A stretch of 64,000 bases of DNA from the IMG/VR virus record IMGVR_UViG_3300034069_000021, positions 1 through 64,000 of that record, one strand, 5' to 3'. Position numbers and translations under genes: made by a program. This document shows, piece by piece, positions 54,114 through 61,869 of this stretch (the stretch's first letter is position 1; each line of letters starts with the position of its first letter). The DNA is from a virus. The notes under the pieces were generated by a model, which saw only the letters and a program-made list of their open reading frames with translations, searched no databases and had not been told where the DNA came from.

Positions 54114-55049
54114 ATGAAGACCCTGCTCACCGCCGCCGCCTGCGCGGCCACTGTCGCCGCCCTGGTGACGCCCACCGCGCTCGCTGCGGCCAAGACCGAC
54201 GTCGTGTTCATCGGCGGCACCGGTACCGGCATGAAGCTCACCGAGGTGTTCGGAACGGGCGGGAGCCCGACCGGGCTGACCGATCCGTTCGTCACCGACC
54301 GCGACCAGCTGGAGGTGCCGATCTACGACGGCGCGCCCTGGGCGAACCCTCAGGCCAGCGTGCCGTTCGTGGCCCAGGCCGTGGCCAAGACCGACGACCC
54401 CACCGTGGTGATCGGCCTCAGCAAGGGCGCTCAGGTGACCCATGGCGTGGAGGCCCAGGACACGCGCACCGACACGCGCTACGTGGTGATCGGTGACCCC
54501 GACTCGGACCACGGCATCAGCCGCGCGTTCGGGCTCAGCCCGGCCCAGACCGTGAAGACCCACGACTGGGAGGAGATCGTGGCTGAGCGGGACGCTGTGG
54601 GCGATTTCCCCGACCGCCCGTGGAACCTGCTCGCGACGGCGGAATCGTTGGCCAGCTGGGCCGTGGTCCACCCGCAGTACGGCGCGGGCGGCGACGGCGA
54701 CCCGCTGACCCGGCTGGACGAGGCCGAGGTGACCGAGACCAAGAACCCCAACGGCACCACGTTCACCAAGCGCGTGATCCCGGTGCGGGAGCTGAGCCTG
54801 CTCAAGCCGATGCGCGACACCGAGCGCACGCTGACCGGCCAGGACCGGCTGACCGACGAGGTAGAACGCCACCTCAAGCCCATGGTCGACGCTGGCTGGA
54901 GCCGCAACGACGCGAAGCCCGCCAAGACCACCAAGACCGACGCGGACGACAAGCCCGCCAAGGAGAGCAAGACCACCACCGCCAAGGAGACCAAGGCCGA
55001 CCGGGCCGAGGCTCGCACCACCAAGAAGGAGAGCAGCACCGATGAGTGA
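54114..55049 (+). CDS. Secreted PE-PPE-like / alpha-beta serine hydrolase
   Basis: Signal peptide MKTLLTAAACAATVAALVTPTALAAA. Motifs VFIGGTGTG, GxSxG (GLSKG) and VIGDPDSDHGISRAF. Lys/Thr-rich tail. Confidence 0.6.
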   Translation: MKTLLTAAACAATVAALVTPTALAAAKTDVVFIGGTGTGMKLTEVFGTGGSPTGLTDPFVTDRDQLEVPIYDGAPWANPQASVPFVAQAVAKTDDPTVVIGLSKGAQVTHGVEAQDTRTDTRYVVIGDPDSDHGISRAFGLSPAQTVKTHDWEEIVAERDAVGDFPDRPWNLLATAESLASWAVVHPQYGAGGDGDPLTRLDEAEVTETKNPNGTTFTKRVIPVRELSLLKPMRDTERTLTGQDRLTDEVERHLKPMVDAGWSRNDAKPAKTTKTDADDKPAKESKTTTAKETKADRAEARTTKKESSTDE

Positions 55050-55707
55050 TTACGACGACGAGCGGGCACAGGCCAGCCTGGAGTCCGACGAGGCCGAGCT
55101 GGCCACCGCGCCCTCGGAGGGCGTGACCAGCGTGCCGCCCAGCGCCGCGTACCTGCGCCAGGAGGCCGCGCGCCTGCTGGAGCTGGCCGGTGAGCGTGAG
55201 CGCGCCGAGGCCCGCGCGCTGCTGCTGGCCCGCGAGGCCGCTCGGCCCAAGATGCCCGAGGTCGGTGAAGGCCCCGCCTACGTGATCTTCCGCCGGTACC
55301 AGTCGGGGCGGGAGTACGGCTACGCCGCCGTCGGCTGGCGCGAGGGCCGGTCGGTGCGCTGGGCCGTGACCGGCTCGGAGACCCGCCGGTTCAACTGGCC
55401 GGGCCTGCTGGAGTTCATCGGGGAGGCCAACTGGCCGACGCTGTGGACCGTCACCGCTGGCGAACGCCTCGGCCCCGAGCCCGGCGCGGAGCCGCCGACC
55501 GCTGAGGTGATGGGGCGGTACGGGCGCGTGGAGCGAACCGAGACCGTCGGCGCGGTGGACCACGACCCGTTCGCGGGGATGCTCATCGTCGGCCTGGGCG
55601 GCGGTGGCCGGGCGACCGGCCCGTTCGACCGGAGCCCGCACGCGCCTCAGGGCGGGTACGCCTCGGGCGGGCGGGTTCACCCCGAGTCCGAGCCGAACCG
55701 GTGGTGA
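55042..55707 (+). CDS. Hypothetical protein
   Basis: 221-aa ORF with an 8-nt overlap with the previous gene. Confidence 0.65.
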   Translation: MSDYDDERAQASLESDEAELATAPSEGVTSVPPSAAYLRQEAARLLELAGERERAEARALLLAREAARPKMPEVGEGPAYVIFRRYQSGREYGYAAVGWREGRSVRWAVTGSETRRFNWPGLLEFIGEANWPTLWTVTAGERLGPEPGAEPPTAEVMGRYGRVERTETVGAVDHDPFAGMLIVGLGGGGRATGPFDRSPHAPQGGYASGGRVHPESEPNRW

Positions 55708-55925
55708 GCCCGCGCGAGGAGGTCGGGCTGCCCAAGTACCCCGACGTCGAGGTAGAGCTGCTGGGCCAGGACGGGAACGGGTTCCTGATCGTGTCCAGGG
55801 TCCAGCGCGCTCTGCGCCAGGCGGGCGTGCCCGCCGACGAGGTGACCGCCTACGTCAACGAGGCCACCGACGGCGACTACGACAACCTGCTGGCCGTGAC
55901 CGGCCAGTGGATCACCATCCGCTGA
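55701..55925 (+). CDS. Hypothetical protein
   Basis: 74-aa ORF (alternative GTG at 55704). Confidence 0.6.
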   Translation: MVSPREEVGLPKYPDVEVELLGQDGNGFLIVSRVQRALRQAGVPADEVTAYVNEATDGDYDNLLAVTGQWITIR

Positions 55926-55931
55926 TTGACC

Positions 55932-55963
55932 GAGGGCGGGCCGGGGACACCTGGCCCGCCCTC
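55932..55963 (+). terminator. Terminator or attenuator hairpin
   Basis: 11-bp stem GAGGGCGGGCC / GGCCCGCCCTC. Confidence 0.55.
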
Positions 55964-55980
55964 ACTGATTGGAGACCACC

Positions 55981-56178
55981 ATGGACCCGAACGCCACACT
56001 GTCCGAGCTTCGCGCCCTGTGCGCTCGCGTGCAGGCCGAACAGCGCCTCAGCCAGGCCGACGTAGAGCGCGGCGCTGAGCTGTTCACGGCGCTCGATGAG
56101 TGGCTGTGCCGGGACGGCTTCTTGCCGACCGACTGGAGCTACCTGGACACCGACGGCGCGATCAGCCCGCCACGATGA
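55981..56178 (+). CDS. Hypothetical protein
   Basis: ATG after a GGAGACCACC SD. 65 aa. Confidence 0.6.
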   Translation: MDPNATLSELRALCARVQAEQRLSQADVERGAELFTALDEWLCRDGFLPTDWSYLDTDGAISPPR

Positions 56179-56381
56179 GCCGTGAGCTTCTGCTGCCGCT
56201 GGAGCTGACCCGACCGCCGCGCTGCCCCGGCTCGGGTGAGTGGCCCCACCGGAACTACAAGGGCCGGGCCGAGTGCCAGATATGCGGGAAGCGGTTCGCG
56301 CCCAAGCTGGACGGGCGCGTCCGTCGGCACCCCGCTCAGATCAAGTATTTGCCGGTCAGGGTTGTTGACATACCCGACTGA
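56175..56381 (+). CDS. Small zinc-ribbon-like protein
   Basis: ATGA overlap start. Motif CPGSG..CQICGK. Its stop TGA lies inside the next operator palindrome. Confidence 0.6.
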   Translation: MSRELLLPLELTRPPRCPGSGEWPHRNYKGRAECQICGKRFAPKLDGRVRRHPAQIKYLPVRVVDIPD

Positions 56382-56393
56382 CTCGGGTAACTT
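56365..56393 (+). promoter_or_regulatory. Promoter-operator cassette
   Basis: TTGACA (56365-56370), palindrome 56373-56387, TAACTT (56388-56393). Leader hairpin about 56407-56421. Confidence 0.7.
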
Positions 56394-56442
56394 GATTCAA
56401 GTCAGCGCGGGACCGCCCCGCCAGACAGAGAGGAGACCTCAC

Positions 56443-56664
56443 ATGGTCACCATCGAGATCACCACCACCAGCACCACCGAGTACGACGGTGATTTCGAGT
56501 GGATCATCACCGACCTCCTGAACGGTCAGTTCCGTGTGGAGGTCGCGCACCACGGAGTGTGGTTCGCCAAGGGCATCGCCCCGAGCTACACGCGGGCGCA
56601 GTACACCGCTGGCCTGTTCATCGGGCAGCACATGCGCGCCGAGGCCATGGCGGCGGCGCTATGA
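56443..56664 (+). CDS. Hypothetical protein
   Basis: 73 aa. AGGAGA SD. Confidence 0.65.
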   Translation: MVTIEITTTSTTEYDGDFEWIITDLLNGQFRVEVAHHGVWFAKGIAPSYTRAQYTAGLFIGQHMRAEAMAAAL

Positions 56665-56957
56665 CCGTCACGCCGCCTCAGCCCGGCTCGGGCAAGTCAC
56701 GCCGATGCAACGGCCACAAAGACACGCGCCTCCTGCTGGAGGCCGTGGAGGCGGCTGGCGGTGAGTGCGTCCCCCACGGGCGCACGCGCCCTGGCCACTG
56801 GAAGGTCTACCTCGACGGGAAGATGATCGGAGGAATCAGCGGCACCCCGTCAGACCACCGCACCCGCAAGAACGACATCGCCCGGCTCCGCAGGAACGGG
56901 CTCAACATCACCTCGAAGGGAACCTACGATGGGGCTGCTCCCCAAGATCGACCTTGA
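56661..56957 (+). CDS. Hypothetical protein (weak HicA-like pattern)
   Basis: ATGA overlap start. Segment LLEAVEAAG..GHWKVYLDG..ISGTPSD..IARLRRNG. Confidence 0.55.
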   Translation: MTVTPPQPGSGKSRRCNGHKDTRLLLEAVEAAGGECVPHGRTRPGHWKVYLDGKMIGGISGTPSDHRTRKNDIARLRRNGLNITSKGTYDGAAPQDRP

Positions 56958-57201
56958 CATCGCGCACACGGTGGGCGAGTTCCTGGGCCTGCTCAAGGAC
57001 ATGAACCAGAAGCTCGACACGTTGATCGGCCTCCAGCGCCAGGCGGTGGCCGAGCCCGTGTGCGGTGCGTGCGACCAGATCGGGCGGCTCCACTGCCCCG
57101 AGCATGGCCAGCCGGGGTTCATCGACCAGCGCGACACCCCGTGGCGAGGCCGGTCAGCGCCGCTGCCGTACCCCGACCTCACCGAGGGCGGCACGCGATG
57201 A
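56929..57201 (+). CDS. Hypothetical protein
   Basis: 90 aa. GAAGGGAA SD. 29-nt overlap with the previous gene. Confidence 0.55.
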   Translation: MGLLPKIDLDIAHTVGEFLGLLKDMNQKLDTLIGLQRQAVAEPVCGACDQIGRLHCPEHGQPGFIDQRDTPWRGRSAPLPYPDLTEGGTR

Positions 57202-57683
57202 GCTTCTGGGTGGAGGCGCGCCGCGTCCTGTGCTGGTGGTTCGGCATGTGGCTGTTCTGCCGCTTCGCTGAGTACGTGCTGGGCTACCCCGACGACGTGA
57301 CCGACTGGAGCTGGACCGAGGCGTTCGTGGTCGCGGCGGTGCTGGTGGGCTACGACGCCTGGCGGGCCGGTCGCCCGACCGAGCGGCGTCACTTCGACGT
57401 GCGCGAGACGACCATCCCCGTGGTCGGCCTGGACCCTGGCACCGAGGTCAGCGTGAGCGTGGTCGCCTACCGCGAGCACTGGTTCCGGCCTGACTCGGTG
57501 ACCGAGCCGCTGGCGAAGGCGTTCCTCACCGAGCCGCCGGGGCGGATGAAGCTGGCCGTCACGCACGACCTGGTGACCGTCCACGACGAGTACGGGCGGT
57601 TCATCCTGAGCGCCCCGAACCCCGAGCACCGCACCGGCCCGCGCATGAGCGTGGCGCTGCTGATCCAGCAGGTGATGGCGTGA
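57198..57683 (+). CDS. Membrane protein
   Basis: ATGA overlap start. N-terminal hydrophobic helices. Confidence 0.6.
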   Translation: MSFWVEARRVLCWWFGMWLFCRFAEYVLGYPDDVTDWSWTEAFVVAAVLVGYDAWRAGRPTERRHFDVRETTIPVVGLDPGTEVSVSVVAYREHWFRPDSVTEPLAKAFLTEPPGRMKLAVTHDLVTVHDEYGRFILSAPNPEHRTGPRMSVALLIQQVMA

Positions 57684-58021
57684 CCGCCCGCCGACGCGTC
57701 GAGCACGTGTTCCAGCTGTTCGCCGCCGGGGCCAAGGTGGTCGAGGATCCGCCGTTGCTCCACTACGTGCTCGGTGATCGGCGCGCGGTCGTGGTCAACC
57801 TCCCCGCCCGCCTGGTGTTCCGCGAGGGCGGTCGGCCTCGGTACGCCCACGGCCTGGGCAACACGCACCACGAACTGCGCGACCACCCGATGGCCCCGCG
57901 TGAGGGGTTCGTCCTGCTTGACTGCGACGACTGGACCGGGGCCTCACCCGAGGGCGAGACCTGGTGGTTCAAGCGCGACCCCAACCATGCCCGTCAGCAG
58001 ACCGAGGAGGCCCGGCGATGA
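57680..58021 (+). CDS. Hypothetical protein
   Basis: 113-aa ORF with a GTGA overlap start. Confidence 0.6.
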   Translation: MTARRRVEHVFQLFAAGAKVVEDPPLLHYVLGDRRAVVVNLPARLVFREGGRPRYAHGLGNTHHELRDHPMAPREGFVLLDCDDWTGASPEGETWWFKRDPNHARQQTEEARR

Positions 58022-58290
58022 CGCTCCCCCGTTCGTGCGGCTACTGCGCCGAACAGCGCGACGTGTTGACCGTGTTCGGCGAGGAGCTGGACCCGACCAT
58101 GGACCAGATGATCGAAGCCTGGCACGACAACAATCACCCCGGCCCCGGCCCGTTCCTGGCCGATCCCGGCTGGTATCACCCCAACGGCCAGGGCGACGGC
58201 GTTCTGCTCAGGGACGTGACGCTGGCCCCGAGTGAGGTTATCTGCGCGGAATGCCACCTGGTCCACCGACCTGGGACGGAGTGCCCGTGA
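58018..58290 (+). CDS. Cys-containing hypothetical protein
   Basis: ATGA overlap start. Motifs CGYC..CAEC. Confidence 0.6.
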   Translation: MTLPRSCGYCAEQRDVLTVFGEELDPTMDQMIEAWHDNNHPGPGPFLADPGWYHPNGQGDGVLLRDVTLAPSEVICAECHLVHRPGTECP

Positions 58291-58547
58291 CCGGCCATGC
58301 CGCCCCGCCAGGCGTCGAGCCGTTCATCGACGGCCTGCCGGGCGTCAGCGCCGAGGTGATCTCCGATGCCTGGGTGAACCTGGCCCAGGAGGACCACTAC
58401 GAGGGCCGTCACCGCCGCCCGCGCCCGACCCTGATGCCTGACGGGATGGTGTACGTGACCGAGGACGGCTACGTGTACCGGATCGACGGCGAGTACCCCG
58501 ACGAGTGCATTGCCCGCCCACCGTGTGAGGTTGACTTACCCGACTGA
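58287..58547 (+). CDS. Hypothetical protein
   Basis: GTGA overlap start. Its stop TGA lies inside the next operator palindrome. Confidence 0.55.
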   Translation: MTGHAAPPGVEPFIDGLPGVSAEVISDAWVNLAQEDHYEGRHRRPRPTLMPDGMVYVTEDGYVYRIDGEYPDECIARPPCEVDLPD

Positions 58548-58559
58548 CTCGGGTAACTT
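58531..58559 (+). promoter_or_regulatory. Promoter-operator cassette
   Basis: TTGACT (58531-58536), palindrome 58539-58553, TAACTT (58554-58559). Leader hairpin 58571-58586. Confidence 0.7.
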
Positions 58560-58606
58560 AGTTCCTGTGAGGCGGGGCCGACCGCCACTGACCGAGGGAG
58601 ACCACA

Positions 58607-58753
58607 ATGTCCAAAGCCGCCGCCAAGCGTGAGCTGATGGCCCTGGTGGGCAGCGTCAAGCCGTGGGAGACGTTCACCGAGGCCCAGCAGGCCGAGGTTG
58701 ACCGGCTCAAGGCCATCGCGTTCCCCAACGGCATCCCCCTGCCGAGGATCTGA
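58607..58753 (+). CDS. Small hypothetical protein (48 aa, below ORF-track cutoff)
   Basis: ATG after a GGGAGACCACA SD. Ends in a TGATG overlap with the next gene. Confidence 0.55.
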   Translation: MSKAAAKRELMALVGSVKPWETFTEAQQAEVDRLKAIAFPNGIPLPRI

Positions 58754-58962
58754 TGGCCGGTCACCGCTGCTACTTCGCGGACCCCTCAGGCGGGTTCGGC
58801 TGGCCCGCGTGCGTGATCTGCGGCGCGCCCGCCAGCATCGAGGAGAACCACGGCGCGCTGAGGGCGTGCTGCCAGACCACCGAGGCCGAGGGCCACGTGT
58901 TCACCTGCCAGAGCGTGGACGCCCGCGTGAAGCGCGGCCTGAGCCCGTTCCCGACGTCGTGA
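58753..58962 (+). CDS. Cys-rich hypothetical protein
   Basis: 69-aa ORF. Confidence 0.6.
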   Translation: MAGHRCYFADPSGGFGWPACVICGAPASIEENHGALRACCQTTEAEGHVFTCQSVDARVKRGLSPFPTS

Positions 58963-59165
58963 GGGGCCAGCGGATCGACCCGACGGTGCCGGTCCACCGC
59001 CAGCCGACGTTCGTCGCGAGCCCTGGCCGAGCGCCAGGCTGCCGCCATTTCCACGCCTGGTTCTCCTACGCCAACGGCGTCGAGTGCGCCGGGCCGGGCG
59101 GGTGCCGTCGGCTGCTGGTGCGCCTGGACGGGCGCTGGCGCTACCGAGGGCGGCACAGGCGGTGA
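58959..59165 (+). CDS. Hypothetical protein
   Basis: GTGA overlap start (internal to ORF 58698-59165). Confidence 0.5.
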   Translation: MRGQRIDPTVPVHRQPTFVASPGRAPGCRHFHAWFSYANGVECAGPGGCRRLLVRLDGRWRYRGRHRR

Positions 59166-59320
59166 CCCCGATCCCCACGCGGGCCGACGTTGCCCGCCTG
59201 AATGACGCTGACGCCGCCGTTCGGGGCCTGGCCGGTAGATCGGCCTGGGTTCTGGTGTTCATGCCGCCTCAGGGGCGCTGGCGGCTGGTGTTCGACCCGC
59301 CGAGCCGAGGTGAGCGATGA
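59162..59320 (+). CDS. Hypothetical protein (52 aa)
   Basis: GTGA overlap start (internal to ORF 59084-59320). Confidence 0.5.
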   Translation: MTPIPTRADVARLNDADAAVRGLAGRSAWVLVFMPPQGRWRLVFDPPSRGER

Positions 59321-59532
59321 AGACCGTCAGCCACGGGATGGACGTGGCCAAGCAGCGCCGGAAGTTCATCCAGCGGATTGTCGATGCGCCCGACGTCGGT
59401 GGGCTCGGGCCTAACCCGCACGTCCAGTACCTGGAGTACCTGCTGAGCCTGTTCGATGCCAGCGTGGCGGCGGGCCAGCCGCGCCCGGCCAGTGAATGGT
59501 TGCCCTGGTACGAGGAGGAGTTCGATGCCTAA
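59317..59532 (+). CDS. Hypothetical protein
   Basis: 71-aa ORF with an ATGA overlap start. Confidence 0.6.
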   Translation: MKTVSHGMDVAKQRRKFIQRIVDAPDVGGLGPNPHVQYLEYLLSLFDASVAAGQPRPASEWLPWYEEEFDA

Positions 59533-59893
59533 CGGGAACGACCGTGGCTCCAGCTACGACCGCCGGGCGCGCCGGGCCTGGCTACTCAGTCCGGCCTCGG
59601 GGTTCGGCGGCGATGGCGTCAAGGTGGCCTGCTGGGAGTGCGGGGCCATGGTCTCGGACAAGACCATCCACGTGGACCGGATCGTCCCCGCGCACCAGGG
59701 CGGGCGGTACGTCAGGGCCAACATCCGGCCACACTGCCCGACGTGCTCACACCGGGAGGGCCAGCGCGTCATGCGTGAGCGCGCCCGTGAGGCGTCTCCG
59801 TACGGTGACGATGATCTGTGCCGCGTGTGCCGGGCTCACTGGCTGGCCACGCACGCCGCCGACTGTGCGAACCTGCTGGCGGGCCTCGTATGA
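59525..59893 (+). CDS. HNH endonuclease
   Basis: Motif CWECG..HVDRIVP..GGRYVRANIRPHCPTCSH. Confidence 0.8.
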   Translation: MPNGNDRGSSYDRRARRAWLLSPASGFGGDGVKVACWECGAMVSDKTIHVDRIVPAHQGGRYVRANIRPHCPTCSHREGQRVMRERAREASPYGDDDLCRVCRAHWLATHAADCANLLAGLV

Positions 59894-60285
59894 CCGCCGA
59901 CCTGATCATCCAGATGATGGGCGGCGCGGGCCTGCTCAGCGGCGTGGCGGCGCTGCTCCACTACGTGAACGCCCGAGGCCGTGGCCGAGCACGGGCCAGC
60001 GCCGAGGCCTACGCCGCGTACCGATCATTCGTGGAGGACAGCATGGGCCGTCAGCCGAGCGCCGCCCGATCAGCCGCCGTCGAGCGTGGAAAGCCCAGCG
60101 CAGACACGACGACGCGCGACTGGTGCCAGGGGTGCGGGAACGTCCCGATCCGTCGGCTGATGGGCTGGACCGAGACCGGCCTGTACCGGTGCCGATCATG
60201 CCGAGGTGAGCCGCCGACCGGCCTCCAGAACCCGCCTCCCCGACCGCCCAAGGGCGGCGGTGGCGTGGTGGTCAGGCGGGCCTGA
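59890..60285 (+). CDS. Single-pass membrane protein with C-terminal zinc ribbon (paralogue of 35389-35721)
   Basis: N-terminus MTADLIIQMMGGAGLLSGVAALLHYVN..SAEAYAAYRSFV. C-terminal motif CQGCG..CRSC. Confidence 0.65.
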   Translation: MTADLIIQMMGGAGLLSGVAALLHYVNARGRGRARASAEAYAAYRSFVEDSMGRQPSAARSAAVERGKPSADTTTRDWCQGCGNVPIRRLMGWTETGLYRCRSCRGEPPTGLQNPPPRPPKGGGGVVVRRA

Positions 60286-60300
60286 GATATAGCGCCCGCC
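60275..60300 (+). terminator. Hairpin at the end of the + early block
   Basis: 7-bp stem GGCGGGC / GCCCGCC. The loop contains the stop codon. No T-tract. Confidence 0.4.
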
Positions 60301-60449
60301 CTCCTCAGATCAGAGCGTTTCAAGACCGGTGAGCGCGTCCGCTCGGGTCCAACGGTTCGCCGTCTGGCCTGGCGAGTGATCAAGCTGCCGGGCGCGGAGG
60401 GTCGGGCGTGCTCCAGGGTAACCGCTGGCGGTCGGTGATGACCGGGTTA

Positions 60450-60719
60450 TCACCGTTTCTGGTGAGGCCCGCGCCGATGGTTGATCGTGCCGTTGTGCTG
60501 GGCGTTCGCGATGCGCGCGGCCTTCTCCTTGGAGTAGCCCTTGCGGCGCAGCGCCTCGTAGGTGTTGTCCTTCTTGACGCTGGGGCCGTGACGCCCGAAC
60601 GTGAGGTGACCGCCGCCCCGGCGGCTCAGGTGAGGCCCGCCGTGCCCGCGTCGGGCGACGGTGGCCCGCCCTCGGCGCAGGCTGGCGCGCGTTCCGCGTG
60701 ATCGGTTGCCCTTGGCCAT
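60450..60719 (-). CDS. Small basic protein
   Basis: ATG 60719 with high GC3. Motif YEALRRKGYSKEKAARIANA resembles small actinobacterial basic proteins. Confidence 0.55.
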   Translation of the reverse strand: MAKGNRSRGTRASLRRGRATVARRGHGGPHLSRRGGGHLTFGRHGPSVKKDNTYEALRRKGYSKEKAARIANAQHNGTINHRRGPHQKR

Positions 60720-61306
60720 GGGCTCAGGGTACCCACGGGGGCGGCGCTGGACGCGGCCTTGAGGCGGGCGCGGTACTCGGCCTGGGCCTCGGCGTGGCAC
60801 ATCCGGCAGCTGGTCTTGCCAGTCTTGGGCGCGGTGTAGGTGTTGTAGCGGGTCTTCGGGTGGCCGCACCGGGCGAACGTCGGCCCGAGGTCACCGACCA
60901 GGGCGGCGTCGATCATGCGGCCAAGGTGGCCCTTGTACCGGTCACGCTCGGCGGCGGTCTCGGTCAGCTCACGGCTCAGCCGGGCCAGGTCACCCTGGAG
61001 CATTCTCAGGGTGTCGGCGAACGCCTCGGACTCCACCATGTAGAACCGGGCCAGGATGGCGGCGGGCTCAGCGGCCACCGCGCGCACCTGGCGCAGTGAG
61101 CAGTCCATCTGGTCCGCGATGGCCTCGGCGGTGACCCCGTTCAGCCGCAGCCCCGCGATGGCCCAGGCTCGGTCGCCTCGGGCCAGATCGGCGTAGCGGA
61201 TGGTGGTGCTGCCCGCCAGCAGCGCGGGGAGCAGCTGGTCGTCCGGTGCCCACCGGGGTGTGTCGTCCGATGGGGCTACGAAGTCGCCATCCTCGGGGAG
61301 GCTCAC
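60626..61306 (-). CDS. HTH DNA-binding protein with C-terminal Cys motif
   Basis: GTGA overlap start at 61306. HTH-like segment GVTAEAIADQMDCSLRQVRAV. Motif CGHPKT..CRMCH. The 3' end overlaps the next gene by 94 nt. Confidence 0.6.
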   Translation of the reverse strand: MSLPEDGDFVAPSDDTPRWAPDDQLLPALLAGSTTIRYADLARGDRAWAIAGLRLNGVTAEAIADQMDCSLRQVRAVAAEPAAILARFYMVESEAFADTLRMLQGDLARLSRELTETAAERDRYKGHLGRMIDAALVGDLGPTFARCGHPKTRYNTYTAPKTGKTSCRMCHAEAQAEYRARLKAASSAAPVGTLSPWPRATDHAERAPACAEGGPPSPDAGTAGLT

Positions 61307-61611
61307 TCGATGACGCCCTCCCGGCGCGCCTGGGCCAGCACGCGCGTCCGCGCGATGTGGTGACGGCTGGCCCCGAGGTGGTCGCCGCGCTGGGTCGCGC
61401 CCTGGGCGTGCCACCAGAGATTGCCCGCCAGGTTGGTGACGTTCTTGGCCAGCTGATCACGGTCCTGAGCCGGGGGCGGGGCTACCTGGCCGGTCAGCGC
61501 CGCCAGGCCGTCCTCGGCCAGCGCGTCGGCCTTGGTGCGGGCGCGGCGCTTGTCCACGATGGTGACGGGCTCAGCCGGACGCCCCGTGCGGATGTCGATC
61601 ACGTCACCCAT
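61303..61611 (-). CDS. Hypothetical protein
   Basis: 102-aa ORF. Confidence 0.6.
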   Translation of the reverse strand: MGDVIDIRTGRPAEPVTIVDKRRARTKADALAEDGLAALTGQVAPPPAQDRDQLAKNVTNLAGNLWWHAQGATQRGDHLGASRHHIARTRVLAQARREGVIE

Positions 61612-61852
61612 GGTCAGCGGCCTCCCGGTCGGCGCGCTCCTGATGGGCGCGGAGGAGGCAGTCCTGGGCCTCCATCAGCTTCCGCAGCGCGGTGGTCAGC
61701 TCAGGCCCGTCGAGCCCGTAGCCCGGCGAGCTGACCTCGGTGGCCGTGTAGCTCACCGAGCGAACCAGCGGCCAGCGAGGATCATCCTCGGGGATGTCGG
61801 GTCGGCTGATGTGATCGAGCAGGGACGCAACGCTGGGGTGTCTCGAAGCCAT
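61604..61852 (-). CDS. Hypothetical protein
   Basis: 82-aa ORF. Confidence 0.6.
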   Translation of the reverse strand: MASRHPSVASLLDHISRPDIPEDDPRWPLVRSVSYTATEVSSPGYGLDGPELTTALRKLMEAQDCLLRAHQERADREAADHG

Positions 61853-61869
61853 GACCGCCAGGGTAGCGC

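Noticed and set aside
50284-58586. Could the repeated cassettes be a CRISPR array or a MITE-like mobile element?
   Set aside because: The spacing is irregular (0.1-3 kb) and filled with genes, with no short uniform spacers, no cas genes and no target-site duplications. The promoter architecture explains the element.
60286-60449. Possible tRNA in the non-coding gap (ACGGTTCGCCGT resembles a T-arm).
   Set aside because: The loop is a 4-nt tetraloop rather than a 7-nt T-loop. No acceptor, D or anticodon arms can be drawn. No tRNA-like cloverleaf was seen anywhere in the window.
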